From positions 1-44,841 of IMG/VR virus record IMGVR_UViG_3300009194_000018: a DNA stretch of 44,841 bases; one strand, 5' to 3'. The first letter of the stretch is position 1. Each line of letters opens with the position of its first letter. Positions 17,447-27,843 of this stretch are shown here, piece by piece. Origin of the DNA: a virus. Lineage: Duplodnaviria; Caudoviricetes. A model generated the notes under the pieces. The model saw only the letters and a list, made by a program, of their open reading frames with translations. It searched no databases and was not told the origin of the DNA. A program made the position numbers and the translations under genes.

Positions 17447-17464
17447 CCTATAGAGAATTACCCA
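17447..17464 (-). promoter_or_regulatory. late-promoter-like motif copy (TGGGTAATTCTCTATAGG)
   Basis: Intergenic, about 24 nt upstream of the 1324-aa gene. Confidence 0.75.
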
Positions 17465-17477
17465 TAAATTGAAGAGC

Positions 17478-17720
17478 TTACGCCCCGTCGCCGTTGATAG
17501 CCATGGTCAACGAGAGGGCCCAATCTTGCCAGTTTATAAACGCCCCGGGGTCTGGAACGGAATACTTGTCAAACACTGGGTTAACGGCAACAGACTGCGC
17601 CACCTCTTGCCACTGGTCTTCAGGCAAAACAGAAAACGACTGGTCCCCAAAATAATGGACCAGTTGCCCGTTCCATTCATCCCACGTGGCGTAAGCTGGC
17701 AGGAACTCAATGACGTTCAT
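17478..17720 (-). CDS. hypothetical virion-module protein (80 aa, Trp-rich)
   Basis: TAATG coupling to the upstream gene. Confidence 0.75.
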   Translation of the reverse strand: MNVIEFLPAYATWDEWNGQLVHYFGDQSFSVLPEDQWQEVAQSVAVNPVFDKYSVPDPGAFINWQDWALSLTMAINGDGA

Positions 17721-19852
17721 TAGGGGCGCTCGTCGCCAAGTTCTGCCGTGATCAACACGCGGCCCATCTCGTAGTCGCCGTCAATTATGTTGCTTCTAAA
17801 ACGCAAATTGACCAAACGGTACTCGGCGCGCAGGTCAACCTTACCGGAATTTTCTCCGTACACAAAAGGCCCTTTTTCCTCTATTTGGCCGTCGGCAAAG
17901 GGTCTGCCAACAATTGTCAACTCCATGTCACCGACTTGCTTAAAGTCCGGCTCAATACGCGTTAGGTGCATGCGCCTGTTAATGCCCGTAGTGACGTCTT
18001 CTGCGGGTGTGCCGCCCACAAAGCTGATGTCGCAGGTTTCAACAAACGAGTCAATTGCAAACTCATCAACGTCTGTGATTTTGTTCTTGCCAAACTCTTG
18101 CTCCCAGATCACGTACCCGCCAGTTGCCTGCGTCATAATACTACCAGCAACCACACCAGCGGCCACGGGGTCAGCAAAGGTAATGGTTGTGTACCCACCA
18201 GAGGCGTTGTTAGTGAACACAGCCGCGGTGATTTGGTTGGCAGACATGAACGTTGGGTCCAGTGTCTGGTTAAAAACCATGAACGAGCCCGCGGGGTTGG
18301 TTGTCAAGTCACCCGGCGCAATAACCTGATAGGCCGTTGTGACCGGCGCTGTTGCGCGGTTAGGGCCGTATGTCAGTGTGTAGTTGATACCCAGACGGCC
18401 ACTGAACTGCCAGTCCGCCCAAATGGGCCTTGGGAACACCTCGGTCACGTAACCGCAGGACCTGCGCGCGCCTTCTGCTTGGCCGGCGTCGTACCAGAGT
18501 TGGTCTTTAACGTTGTAGATGATGCAGTCTGTGCACTCTGTTGCCGTGCCCCGTGGGTAAAAAAACCAGATCTCGTTGTAGCGAGGAACCTTGGTTGCCC
18601 ACACCTTTTGACGCGCGCCAAAGTTAATGTTGTCAAACAGGTAGTTTACGTTCTTGTCGTTTGGCAGTACTTTAACCGAGCCGTTGTACAGATAGAACCG
18701 GTCAACACCCATCCAAAAATACACGCCGTCCATCTCAACAACTGAGCTAGAAGACATGATAGAGATCTGACCCGCCACAATGTCGTAGCGCCAGTAGTAG
18801 GGGGTTGTTGCGGTGAATGACGCACGTACCAGTGAGTCTGTGGCCCAGAAGAGGCCAGAGGGTGAGGCGGTACCGCCGCGCACTGGGAAGCCCTTAACGA
18901 TCTTACCCGCGGCCACGTTCACGTCGTTGGCCAGCGTGCCGTTCCAGTCGTTGAACGTTTGGACTGACGCAGACCCAGAGGCAAACGACACGTTGTTGTT
19001 GCGCAGGCCGCCGTAGTTGCTGTACACAAAAATAAACGGGTGCAACACCACCACGCCACCACTAGCGTCTATGGGTAAAAACGTGGGTGTTGCTCCACCA
19101 GAATCCACAACTTGGGTCAGCACGTACCTGCCGGTTGTGGGGTCTGGTAAGAAGTCACCCGCGTACAGCGAGGTCAAAACGTCAGAGTCAATGTTTGCTA
19201 GGTTGCGCCCGGGGTGTGCAAGCAGTTTAGAGTTGCCCGCGCCAGAGGAGTCAAACGCCACGTCAAACTGCCACAGGTACTGTGTGTTGGTCGCTATGCC
19301 GTTGTTAAGGTATATCTCAAACGGCGCGGTGGCAGACAGGCCGGTGGATGAAGACACCACAACGGTTGTTCTGTTGGTGCCTGAGTTGTATGTTGGGACC
19401 GCGCTGACAGTGTAGTTGGTGCGAACACCCGACGTGTTGTAGGCCCAGAAAACAGTTGCGTTTGCAAGTGTTGTTGTTTGGTCACCAAACACTGTCAGTG
19501 TGTTGGTGCCAAGGTTAATTGCTGTGACAACGTAGGTGCTGTTAAATTCAACAGGGAACGGGCCAATACCCACACCTTGGTCGGTGCCGGTGTTAAAGAC
19601 CTCAATGCCCTTGTAGTTGCCGGCGTAAATGTAGTTAACGCCATTTTGTGTGTTGGTAATTAGTCCGCGTGGAACGCCGGTTGGGGAGGCAAACATTTGA
19701 CGGTAGCCTCCGATCTTCTTGGCCTTGCCGCGCTGAAAGCGCGCCCACATACCGTCACCAAACTCGTCGGTTTCAAACCGTGTGCCGTCCCGCTTAATGC
19801 CGGGCTTGACAAACAGCGTAAAGATTTTAGACGGCTCTTGACCTACCGCCAT
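17720..19852 (-). CDS. putative tail nozzle / packaged-DNA stabilisation protein (P22 gp10-like), 710 aa
   Basis: Beta-rich with FWMGVDRFYLYNG, NEIWFFYP and RIEPDF; size and synteny. Confidence 0.65.
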   Translation of the reverse strand: MAVGQEPSKIFTLFVKPGIKRDGTRFETDEFGDGMWARFQRGKAKKIGGYRQMFASPTGVPRGLITNTQNGVNYIYAGNYKGIEVFNTGTDQGVGIGPFPVEFNSTYVVTAINLGTNTLTVFGDQTTTLANATVFWAYNTSGVRTNYTVSAVPTYNSGTNRTTVVVSSSTGLSATAPFEIYLNNGIATNTQYLWQFDVAFDSSGAGNSKLLAHPGRNLANIDSDVLTSLYAGDFLPDPTTGRYVLTQVVDSGGATPTFLPIDASGGVVVLHPFIFVYSNYGGLRNNNVSFASGSASVQTFNDWNGTLANDVNVAAGKIVKGFPVRGGTASPSGLFWATDSLVRASFTATTPYYWRYDIVAGQISIMSSSSVVEMDGVYFWMGVDRFYLYNGSVKVLPNDKNVNYLFDNINFGARQKVWATKVPRYNEIWFFYPRGTATECTDCIIYNVKDQLWYDAGQAEGARRSCGYVTEVFPRPIWADWQFSGRLGINYTLTYGPNRATAPVTTAYQVIAPGDLTTNPAGSFMVFNQTLDPTFMSANQITAAVFTNNASGGYTTITFADPVAAGVVAGSIMTQATGGYVIWEQEFGKNKITDVDEFAIDSFVETCDISFVGGTPAEDVTTGINRRMHLTRIEPDFKQVGDMELTIVGRPFADGQIEEKGPFVYGENSGKVDLRAEYRLVNLRFRSNIIDGDYEMGRVLITAELGDERP

Positions 19853-21123
19853 TAGAATGCCCCGCCAGAGATCAAATCTGCCTGAACACGCCCCACAAAG
19901 GTGGTGATGAAGTTACCCACGCCGCCTGTGCCGTCCATGGTTGCAATGTTGGTTCCGGCCACAGAAAACCCAAGCTGTGAGTTGTTGGGTGAGTACATGC
20001 CGGTCACGGGGTCTAAAGCAAAAGTATACGCGGGTGACGCCGCGGTTCCGCGGTTAATAACCAACTGCCCGATGTTGGACTGAATCAACGGGTAGATGTT
20101 GGTGCCGTCACTCAGCACAATGGCCTGCGAGTTATTGGTCAGGCTAAAAGGAGTCTGTACACTTCCCTGAACTTGGAAGTTAATGTTGTAGCCGCTTTGG
20201 TTGGTGTCGTTAAGCAGGTAGTACACCTGAGTCACGGCAGGCAACTGAACCAACAGACTGGTTGTGCGCGAACCACTGAGCGCCGTGAAGCGCTGAATAA
20301 TTGGTGTGGTTGTGATCAGGCTCAGTGTTGCGCCGGCCACGGTGTCCACGTCGTACGTGGCAGACGAGAACGTCAAACTGTTGGGGCGGCCACGGCCCAC
20401 GGTAAAGAAGTCTTGTTTGGCCGGGTCTCTGTTCACGCAGACAAAGCAAGAGTCTCCAAGGGGAAGTGTGATCGTTGACAAAGAGTCAATTGTCGAGCCA
20501 ACCGCGCTTGTTGCTAATGTGAGCGCGCCGGTGCCGTTGTTGCGCACCAGAATAAACCAACCCTCTGACAGGGTAGACGCCGCGGGCAGGGTCCACGTGC
20601 CGGCGCCGCCGGTCCACACAAAACAAGATCCGCGCGAGGCCGCGTTAATCGTTGGAACCGAGACGTACTCGTTGGTAATGAACGCAGACTCTAGCTTGCC
20701 TAAAAGGGCCACAGTGCTGACACCAGCGAGCGAGGCGGCGTCTGCTATGGACGTGCCCGTTCCAAAGGCTATAACAGCCCACACGCCCGCCTGCGTGGTG
20801 TTGCTTGTCATGTAGGTGTACTGGGCCGTGCCGGCGGCCACGGTAAACGAGCCAGAGCCCCCAAAACGCTGTACTGTGAACGTGTTGGCACCCGTGTTGC
20901 GGATTAGAATGTCCTGACCAACAGACCCCTGTGTGGCGTCTGGCAGGACCAAAATAGACCCCGCAGTGGCCTGAATGTCCATGATGCGCGCGGCAACCTG
21001 CTGGCCCGCGTTAACGTATTGTGGCCAGTACAGTTGGAGCGTGCCAGTCAGCGCAACACCGGCGTAGCTGACGTCGGTCGGCTGGATTACGTTGCCGGTA
21101 AAGGGCGAGGTGTATGTAGGCAT
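19852..21123 (-). CDS. tail structural protein, 423 aa
   Basis: Repeated TLPA...IRN.G beta modules; TAATG coupling. Confidence 0.65.
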   Translation of the reverse strand: MPTYTSPFTGNVIQPTDVSYAGVALTGTLQLYWPQYVNAGQQVAARIMDIQATAGSILVLPDATQGSVGQDILIRNTGANTFTVQRFGGSGSFTVAAGTAQYTYMTSNTTQAGVWAVIAFGTGTSIADAASLAGVSTVALLGKLESAFITNEYVSVPTINAASRGSCFVWTGGAGTWTLPAASTLSEGWFILVRNNGTGALTLATSAVGSTIDSLSTITLPLGDSCFVCVNRDPAKQDFFTVGRGRPNSLTFSSATYDVDTVAGATLSLITTTPIIQRFTALSGSRTTSLLVQLPAVTQVYYLLNDTNQSGYNINFQVQGSVQTPFSLTNNSQAIVLSDGTNIYPLIQSNIGQLVINRGTAASPAYTFALDPVTGMYSPNNSQLGFSVAGTNIATMDGTGGVGNFITTFVGRVQADLISGGAF

Positions 21124-21740
21124 TAAGGTTCCTGTCTTGTGGCGTTGCGGTCAACCATACGGCGTTGGTCTTCACCCTTGAGCGCGGAAATCGCGGCGTC
21201 GTAGTACCCTTTCCATACGGCCAGTTTATCCGTGTTTTTAAGGTAGCCTTGGGTCTGCAAGAGCGTGCCAAACAGCAAGGCCTGTGGGGCCTCTCTGGTT
21301 AGTAGGTTTTCTTGGTTTTCAATATCAAGCGGCTGAATGCGGCTGTAGTAAATTATTTCAACGTTGTAGGCGCTGTTGGGTATCGGTGCCAAAGCCCAGT
21401 GGTCGTAGTCGTAGTCGCCGTAGTACAAAGGCTGTCCGGGGCTTGACTCGGTTTGAAACTGCGTGACGTAGTCCATGGACCTGTTCAAGATTGGTTGCCC
21501 GTTAATCTTCATGCTGATTGTTTTACGCCAACGAACTGGTTTTTCCAGAACGGGGTTGTTCACAATTAACGTGGTGTTGACCACATTAAGTTGCATTAAG
21601 GTTTTGATCTCCGCGGCAATACTCTGCTCGGTGAGCATAATAAGGCGCGGGATCTGTTCCACAAACGACGCGTCGTTACGCTCGCAGTATCTTTTGACAT
21701 CCTCTACGAGGCTGTCATACGTCATCGTTTGTGCGGACAT
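21123..21740 (-). CDS. putative head-tail adaptor / tail tubular protein, 205 aa
   Basis: TYDSL...IPRLI..E, GQPLYY, LAPIP and ALLFGTL pattern typical of adaptor proteins. Confidence 0.6.
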   Translation of the reverse strand: MSAQTMTYDSLVEDVKRYCERNDASFVEQIPRLIMLTEQSIAAEIKTLMQLNVVNTTLIVNNPVLEKPVRWRKTISMKINGQPILNRSMDYVTQFQTESSPGQPLYYGDYDYDHWALAPIPNSAYNVEIIYYSRIQPLDIENQENLLTREAPQALLFGTLLQTQGYLKNTDKLAVWKGYYDAAISALKGEDQRRMVDRNATRQEP

Positions 21741-21744
21741 TTAT

Positions 21745-21987
21745 TTACTCTTTTGGTTCTACGTCAGTCACTTCACCCTCTTCAGGCTTGGCTTCCAACG
21801 CTTGTTTTAGAAGTTCAAAAAAAGCGTTGCGACCCACTTGAAGTTGATCAACGTTAAATTTTGCTGAATCAAGTTTGCGATCCAAGTCGGCAACATGGTT
21901 GAGCAACATCTGCTGTTGCTGTGTCATGTCTTCAAACTTGTACTCTACGCCGTCGATTGTCACAGGGGTCTTTTCATTTTTTCCCAT
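21745..21987 (-). CDS. hypothetical coiled-coil protein (80 aa)
   Basis: AAAGGA SD; TIDGVEY followed by a helical segment. Confidence 0.75.
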   Translation of the reverse strand: MGKNEKTPVTIDGVEYKFEDMTQQQQMLLNHVADLDRKLDSAKFNVDQLQVGRNAFFELLKQALEAKPEEGEVTDVEPKE

Positions 21988-22037
21988 GATGTTTCCTTTA
22001 ATGTGCCACCAAGATCGGGTGGTGGCTTCCCGTTAAC

Positions 22038-22355
22038 TTAGGCGGCCCAAGGCAAAGGTTGTGCGGCAGGGCTGACAGGCGGTGTAATCATGCTGTCGAT
22101 TTGTCCCTGCACACACTGCTGTGCGCTTGTAATGGCTGACTCAGGAATCCAACCAATGACGGTGGCTTCTGTCAACTGATCGTAGGGGATGAATGCACCC
22201 ACTTGGTCAGCAGAGTTGAACTGCGTGTTGCCACCAATAGAGGCAGTGTAAGTGCCATCTACGCCAGTGACTTGATACAGCACATTAACAACGTAATCTG
22301 GATCGGGAGTTTGCAAAGTGTACATTGCGGTGATTGTCGTAGTAAATTGAGTCAT
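22038..22355 (-). CDS. tail-fibre-associated small protein (105 aa)
   Basis: FIPYDQLTEATVIGWI...PLPW pattern common downstream of tail fibre genes. Confidence 0.7.
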   Translation of the reverse strand: MTQFTTTITAMYTLQTPDPDYVVNVLYQVTGVDGTYTASIGGNTQFNSADQVGAFIPYDQLTEATVIGWIPESAITSAQQCVQGQIDSMITPPVSPAAQPLPWAA

Positions 22356-22870
22356 GCTGATGCTCCTTGATGATGACCATGATTGGCAAATTGACCGTGT
22401 GCCATTTCACGAAGTAAATCCATAAATTCAATAGCCAAATCTTTTGTTTCAAATACCCGTGCTATTTGTGTTCCACGAACCCAAAGTTTGGCCTGCCATT
22501 TTCTCTTTTGTTTGTTGAAATGTACACCTTTAAATCCACTGGTATTAACAGTGTTAATTCTTGTGTTGCACATATTTTCAGAAACAGATGCTTGACGCAG
22601 GTTCTCAATTCTATTGTTAGACCCAACGCCATCAATGTGGTCTATGTTTGCGGGAATATATCCGTGGTGCATAAGAAAGACCAACTGATGCAAATAGTAT
22701 TTACGCTTGTTATGCACCATTGTTAAATAACCACTGCCGTTTGGACAGCCAACTTTTCTACCCGTTAATACGCTTGGCCTACCACGGGATATGATTTTTG
22801 GCTTCCAAAATAACTCACCGTCCCTGTACTCAAACAGGCGGTGTGCCTCTTCTTGTGTCAGGGTAATCAT
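22352..22870 (-). mobile_element. free-standing HNH homing endonuclease with an AP2-like C-terminal DNA-binding domain
   Basis: IDHIDG..SNNRIENLR..S..EN..N and NTSGFKGVHF...KWQA; likely start MITLTQEE at 22870. Confidence 0.9.
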
Positions 22871-22872
22871 AA

Positions 22873-23130
22873 TTAAGGTGTGGGTGGTGTTGGTGGAACG
22901 TAAGGCTGTGGAGATGGTTGGCTCCAAGCGTATGTAGCTATGTTGGCGTAGTACACCTCATCCAGCACTGTGGATGCTGTTGGGTCGTTAGGCGTGAGAA
23001 CACAACGCCAGTAGGTTGATGAGATGACAACGCCATCCTTTAAGACATCGGTGCTTTTGCGAACACCAATGCATCCGTTGGGCTGGATGTTGAACTCGGA
23101 GATGTAGGTAACTTCAGTGAATGTTGACAT
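22873..23130 (-). CDS. tail-fibre-associated hypothetical protein (85 aa)
   Basis: AAGGA SD; VLKDGVVISSTYWR. Confidence 0.75.
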   Translation of the reverse strand: MSTFTEVTYISEFNIQPNGCIGVRKSTDVLKDGVVISSTYWRCVLTPNDPTASTVLDEVYYANIATYAWSQPSPQPYVPPTPPTP

Positions 23131-23145
23131 GATTTTTTCCTTAAA

Positions 23146-26100
23146 TTAAACAAAGTATGTAGCAGTTCCAAATACAAAATTTCTGTTTCCTGATGCGGTA
23201 GACATACTTCCTGTTGTTACTACTACTGGGTCAGTACCCGATCCAGTAACAGTAAAAGAACTATACAAATACATAACTGCTGTATTTGGTTCAACAGAGC
23301 CTACAATAGGAGGGCTTGACACCCATCTGCTTGCGTTATTAATATTAACAGTAGCGTTAGATCCTGAGCTTGATGAGGATGTAAAAGGTAAACCAGAAAT
23401 ATTTAAAGAAGAACTAGTAATAGTTAATCCGTCACTCATCATTCCAAACCATATAGTTACTTGGCTACCAATTTTTCTGTAATAACCATTACGAATACTA
23501 CCGTAAGTTATACCTGTAAGTCCTCCGTTATAAGAAGGTGTCCAAGTCCCCTCCTCATAATCATCTAGCGTATTAGCGTCTGATGATGCTGATTGAGTTG
23601 CGGGGAATGTGATGCCTGTGCCAGTTTGTGGGAATGCACCATTAAGCGCAACAGACCTTGTGCTATTAGTTGAGATAAGTGGATTACCATCCCCATCAGA
23701 CAGCACGATGTAGTTGCTTGATGTGCGAATGTCTAGGCCACCTTGGTTGCCGTTGTAAACGCCAAGAATGGTGTTCTTGGAGCCACTGGTCATTGCCGAC
23801 CCAGAACCATGACCTATGAAGGTGTTTTGGTTGCCCGTAGAAGAAAGGCCAGATTTGTAACCAATAAAGGTGTTGTAAAAACCGTTGGTTGTGTACCCAG
23901 CCTGATGACCTAATGCAGTGTTTGAGCCTGTACTTGCTGTTGTTTGCAAGTACAACGCCTGATAACCAACAGCCGTGTTTTCGGAGGCTGTAGTGTTAGC
24001 TTGGAGGGCTTGAACGCCAAAAGCGGTGTTTTGGCTACCAGTAGTGTTATTAAATAACGCAAGAGAACCAAAAGCACTGTTAAAGCTTCCGGTGGAATAG
24101 TACAGAGCAACAAAACCAAGCGCAGAGTTATCAGTGCCTGTTACGTTTGTTGCAAGCGCACGACCGACAGCTACGTTGCTTGAGCCAGTTGTATTTGCCG
24201 CCAGTGCATCTCGTCCAACAGCGACGTTCCAATCTGCGGTTGTGGCGGATTTAAGTGCGTTGTGACCAATTGCAACGTTTACACTGCCTGTTGTGTTAGC
24301 TGTCAAAGCATAAGCGCCAAGGGCAACGTTATCTGCGCCAGTGGTATTTGCAGAAAGAGCTTGACGACCTATTGCGGTATTTGAAGAACCTGTATTGGTA
24401 GATAAAGCGTAGTATCCTATGCCAACGTTACTACCGCCATCATTTGATGTAGAACCTAAAGCCAATGTACCTATGGCAATGTTGTAGTTTGCAGTGGTTG
24501 TACCACGACCAGCAAGAAGACCAATTGATACATTGTCTTGACCAGTGGTATTACTTAACGATGCTTGGTAGCCAATACCTACGTTGTTAATGCCTGTTGT
24601 ATTTGCGTAAAACGCTTGATAACCTACCGCAGTGTTGCCTGATGCTGTGGTGTTAGATTGGAGTGCGCTATAGCCCAAGGCAGTGTTGTAGCTACCTGTG
24701 GTATTTGCATAAAGCGAATTCAAACCTAAAGCGGATGAACCTGCGCCAGTTGTATTTGAAAACATTGACCAGCGACCAAAAGCAGTTACATCACCTGTCG
24801 TATTGGTGTATCCCGCCTGATAACCAACAGCGGTGTTGTTAGATGCTGTGGTGTTGGAATACAAAGAAGTATAGCCTATGGCGGTGTTGCTAGTCCCTGT
24901 AGTGTTAGTATAAAGAGATGCCGCACCAAATGCCACATTGTTAGATGCAGTAGTGTTGCTACGCATTGAACTATTGCCAACAGCCGTATTCTCCGCACCT
25001 GTAGTATTAGAGCGAAGAGCGCCTTGACCTGCGGCAACGTTAAAACTACCCGTAGTAGTATTAAGCATAGCTTCGTAGCCAAGCGCATTATTGTTAGATG
25101 CTGTGGTGTTGGCTTGGAGTGCGCTAAGTCCTACGCCTACATTATTAGAGCCAGTAGTGTTGTAATAAAGTGCGTTTACACCCATTGCAATATTGCTAGA
25201 ACCAGTTGTGTTCGTATAAAAACAATCAGAACCAACGGCTGTATTACTTTCACCAGTGGTAGTTGAACGACCGCTTACATTTCCAACAAATGTACTGTTG
25301 CTTGCAGTAGTTAAACTTAATCCTGCTTGTTTGCCAATAAAAGTATTAACAGTTCCTGTTGTGTTTGCGTAACCCGCTTGATAACCTACAGCAGTATTAT
25401 TTGATGCTGTGGTGTTTTTATTAAGTGCTTGATGACCAAAAGCGGAATTAGAAGAACCTGAGAGGTTTGTTGCTAAAGCGCCATTTCCAAAAGCATTGTT
25501 TGTGCCGCCAGTAGTGTTAATGCCAAGAGCCGATCCAACTAACGAATCACTTCCACCGAATGCATTATTGCTTGAGCCTGATGTGTTAGCAGTTAAAGCA
25601 CCAACTGAAAAACCAGAGTTGTAATTGCCCGTTGTGTTTGCCTTTAATGCCTCAAACCCAACAGCAGTATTTTCAGCCCCACTTGTATTAGCCGCCAAAG
25701 CACTAGCACCCAAAGCAGTATTGGTAGACACGCCCCCTGCACCGCGACCCACAGTTAGACCATAGATCAAGCCGTTTGTAGACGCAGAGTCCTTTAGGAG
25801 CTTACCCGTTGTGCCATCAAACAGAGCAATGCCGTTAGCCGTAGCAGAGGCTGGGCCGTACACATCACCAGAAGCCGCTGTAGACCATGACAGAACACCG
25901 GAGCCATCCGTAATCAGAGCTTGACCACTTGTGCCGTCATCTGCGGGGAATGTCAGTGTGTAGCTTGCACCCAGCGTAGCGGGCGAACGAAGTCCAACAT
26001 ACTCACCGCCAGTTGTGTCTTGAAGGCGTAGTGGGCCTTGGCCTGTGATGTTGACTTGCGTGGAACTAAGCGTTGTGCCGTCCCATGTCAGATTAGCTGA

Positions 26101-26334
26101 AGCACCGAATACACCACTGTTGTTAAATTGAAGTTGTGTGTTGGAGCCAGCAACAATGCCTGCACCTCCTGCACCTGCAAGCAACGTCACAACACCAGAA
26201 CTGTTCTCGTAATAGAGTTTGCCGTCAGCAATGTTGATTGCCAATTCACCTTGCGCAAGATTTGCCGCCAGAGGTACAGCCGCCGCAGTGGTGCTGTAGT
26301 AAAGCTGTATGGGTGTGTAACCTGCTTGAGCCAT
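23146..26334 (-). CDS. tail fibre / receptor-binding protein with a long beta-solenoid repeat region, 1062 aa
   Basis: N-terminal LAQGELAINIADGKLYY anchor, dozens of ~14-aa N(T/V)AxGxxALxxNTT repeats, C-terminal LDDYEEGTWTP domain. Confidence 0.85.
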   Translation of the reverse strand: MAQAGYTPIQLYYSTTAAAVPLAANLAQGELAINIADGKLYYENSSGVVTLLAGAGGAGIVAGSNTQLQFNNSGVFGASANLTWDGTTLSSTQVNITGQGPLRLQDTTGGEYVGLRSPATLGASYTLTFPADDGTSGQALITDGSGVLSWSTAASGDVYGPASATANGIALFDGTTGKLLKDSASTNGLIYGLTVGRGAGGVSTNTALGASALAANTSGAENTAVGFEALKANTTGNYNSGFSVGALTANTSGSSNNAFGGSDSLVGSALGINTTGGTNNAFGNGALATNLSGSSNSAFGHQALNKNTTASNNTAVGYQAGYANTTGTVNTFIGKQAGLSLTTASNSTFVGNVSGRSTTTGESNTAVGSDCFYTNTTGSSNIAMGVNALYYNTTGSNNVGVGLSALQANTTASNNNALGYEAMLNTTTGSFNVAAGQGALRSNTTGAENTAVGNSSMRSNTTASNNVAFGAASLYTNTTGTSNTAIGYTSLYSNTTASNNTAVGYQAGYTNTTGDVTAFGRWSMFSNTTGAGSSALGLNSLYANTTGSYNTALGYSALQSNTTASGNTAVGYQAFYANTTGINNVGIGYQASLSNTTGQDNVSIGLLAGRGTTTANYNIAIGTLALGSTSNDGGSNVGIGYYALSTNTGSSNTAIGRQALSANTTGADNVALGAYALTANTTGSVNVAIGHNALKSATTADWNVAVGRDALAANTTGSSNVAVGRALATNVTGTDNSALGFVALYYSTGSFNSAFGSLALFNNTTGSQNTAFGVQALQANTTASENTAVGYQALYLQTTASTGSNTALGHQAGYTTNGFYNTFIGYKSGLSSTGNQNTFIGHGSGSAMTSGSKNTILGVYNGNQGGLDIRTSSNYIVLSDGDGNPLISTNSTRSVALNGAFPQTGTGITFPATQSASSDANTLDDYEEGTWTPSYNGGLTGITYGSIRNGYYRKIGSQVTIWFGMMSDGLTITSSSLNISGLPFTSSSSSGSNATVNINNASRWVSSPPIVGSVEPNTAVMYLYSSFTVTGSGTDPVVVTTGSMSTASGNRNFVFGTATYFV

Positions 26335-26346
26335 TTGGATGGTTCC

Positions 26347-27387
26347 TTATCGAGTGTAATAACTTACGTTAGGGCGGAAATAGATGGGAGACTTATCGCG
26401 GTCTTCTTCTTCAGCGGACAGCGTGGCCTCTGCGGCATCTTGTTTCAACATTTGAATTCTTGCGGGGTCAATGCCCGGCAACAGCTTGGCCACCCTGTGT
26501 GACAACTGAGCCTGAATGGCAGGCACCCAACGGTCTGGCACAGCAATCTCGTCTGTCAGTGTGCCCACGTCTTGTGGTTGCATTTCAATAATAAATTGAA
26601 ACGTCTGAAAAGCATTTTGTGGCACGGGCCACAAATTTATAACCGGGGTCACCTGACGGTCAAACCAGTACTGTAAGGCACGTGTACCCAAGAAGTCTTT
26701 GTTTGGCAGGCTGTAGTAGTCGTTGCGGTTCAAGCGCGCCATGGGTATGTCTTGTTGCACCGAGGCCAACGATATAGCACGAACCTTAACAGACACCGCG
26801 GACGTGTTGCGCAGGCGCCAGTAAATTGCCTGAGGTGAACCGTCAATCTGCGTGTAGCCCCAAGGGTTGGCGGCGCTGTTTGTTACTGTGGTGAGTGCCA
26901 CCCACGTAATGCCGTCGTAGCTGTATTCAACGTTCAGTGTGATGTTGCGCACGTCGGCATAAAAGCCGGCGCTTAAAAAGCGTGTTGCGTTGTACGTGGC
27001 CGTTGCAGAACCACCCGCGGCGATCGTGTACTCTAGGTCAATGTTGTTTGTGTTGAACGCGCCGCCTGTGCTGTCTGACACGGTGCTTGGGCGTGTCATC
27101 GAACGGTAGTTGGCCTCGCGCACGTCCACGGTGCCACGCGGCATCTCGTACTGGCGTGTCTGGGCAGAACTGCCCATCACAAGGTATTCCAACAACCACA
27201 GGTTCACACCGCGGTTAGACAGGTTAATCAGGATGTACCAAAGGGCCTGACGGGCCCTGTTGACGTACTCTGGCGTCAACTCCTCGGCCAGCTTGCCCGC
27301 TTCGCTGTAGGCAAACGAAATCAACTGGTCGACCGTTATAACGGTCTGCGCAGTTGTGTTCGAGGTGTTGTTGTAGTTGCTTGCCAT
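26347..27387 (-). CDS. putative head-closure/adaptor protein with an inserted beta-sandwich domain, 346 aa
   Basis: ARQAL..ILINLSNRGVNLW, RNDYYSLPNK and LWPVP; central VEYSYDGITW...YWRLR insert. Confidence 0.6.
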   Translation of the reverse strand: MASNYNNTSNTTAQTVITVDQLISFAYSEAGKLAEELTPEYVNRARQALWYILINLSNRGVNLWLLEYLVMGSSAQTRQYEMPRGTVDVREANYRSMTRPSTVSDSTGGAFNTNNIDLEYTIAAGGSATATYNATRFLSAGFYADVRNITLNVEYSYDGITWVALTTVTNSAANPWGYTQIDGSPQAIYWRLRNTSAVSVKVRAISLASVQQDIPMARLNRNDYYSLPNKDFLGTRALQYWFDRQVTPVINLWPVPQNAFQTFQFIIEMQPQDVGTLTDEIAVPDRWVPAIQAQLSHRVAKLLPGIDPARIQMLKQDAAEATLSAEEEDRDKSPIYFRPNVSYYTR

Positions 27388-27545
27388 TATTTCTTCTTAA
27401 TGCGCTCTGGAAGTTTCTTCTGAGCGGGGCCTGCTTTCACAAACTCTTTTCCCACAGACTGCTTGATGCCTACCTTTTTGGCAAACTCGGGGGAGTGAGC
27501 CACCCCCTGCATCAAGCGTTCTTGGGACTTAGACTTGATGGGCAT
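27387..27545 (-). CDS. small basic protein (52 aa, MPIKSKSQERLMQGVAHSPEFAKKVGI...)
   Basis: Read manually; TAATG coupling downstream. Confidence 0.75.
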   Translation of the reverse strand: MPIKSKSQERLMQGVAHSPEFAKKVGIKQSVGKEFVKAGPAQKKLPERIKKK

Positions 27546-27842
27546 TTAGCACGCACCACCCATGTTGTACTTCTCAGCAACCTTCTTAGGGCCTTTGGCG
27601 TTAGGTTGTTTGTCGTCGCTCTTAACACCAATCAAACCCCCGGCTTTGTACGTGCGTACAGTGCCTTTCATCTTAGCGCGGCCACCCTTTTTGAGTTTGG
27701 ACATGTCTGTCTTCTCGCCACCGTGGGCTTGCTCGTCGTGCATTTTGAAAGCTTTTTTGACGACCTTCTTATCTTGCGCCATGTCTGCGCCTTCGGACTC
27801 GTAGTTCTTTTTAGAGTGGTCGATGCGGGGTTTGTAAGCCAT
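27546..27842 (-). CDS. small basic protein with three xxxGG motifs (98 aa)
   Basis: Start MAYKPRID after an AAAGGA SD; LKKGG, YKAGG, YNMGG. Confidence 0.75.
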   Translation of the reverse strand: MAYKPRIDHSKKNYESEGADMAQDKKVVKKAFKMHDEQAHGGEKTDMSKLKKGGRAKMKGTVRTYKAGGLIGVKSDDKQPNAKGPKKVAEKYNMGGAC

Positions 27843-27843
27843 T

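Noticed and set aside
23750-25730. Tail-fibre repeats as a diversity-generating retroelement template/variable pair
   Set aside because: The repeats are degenerate protein-level solenoid units, no adenine-specific pair was seen, and there is no reverse transcriptase in the window
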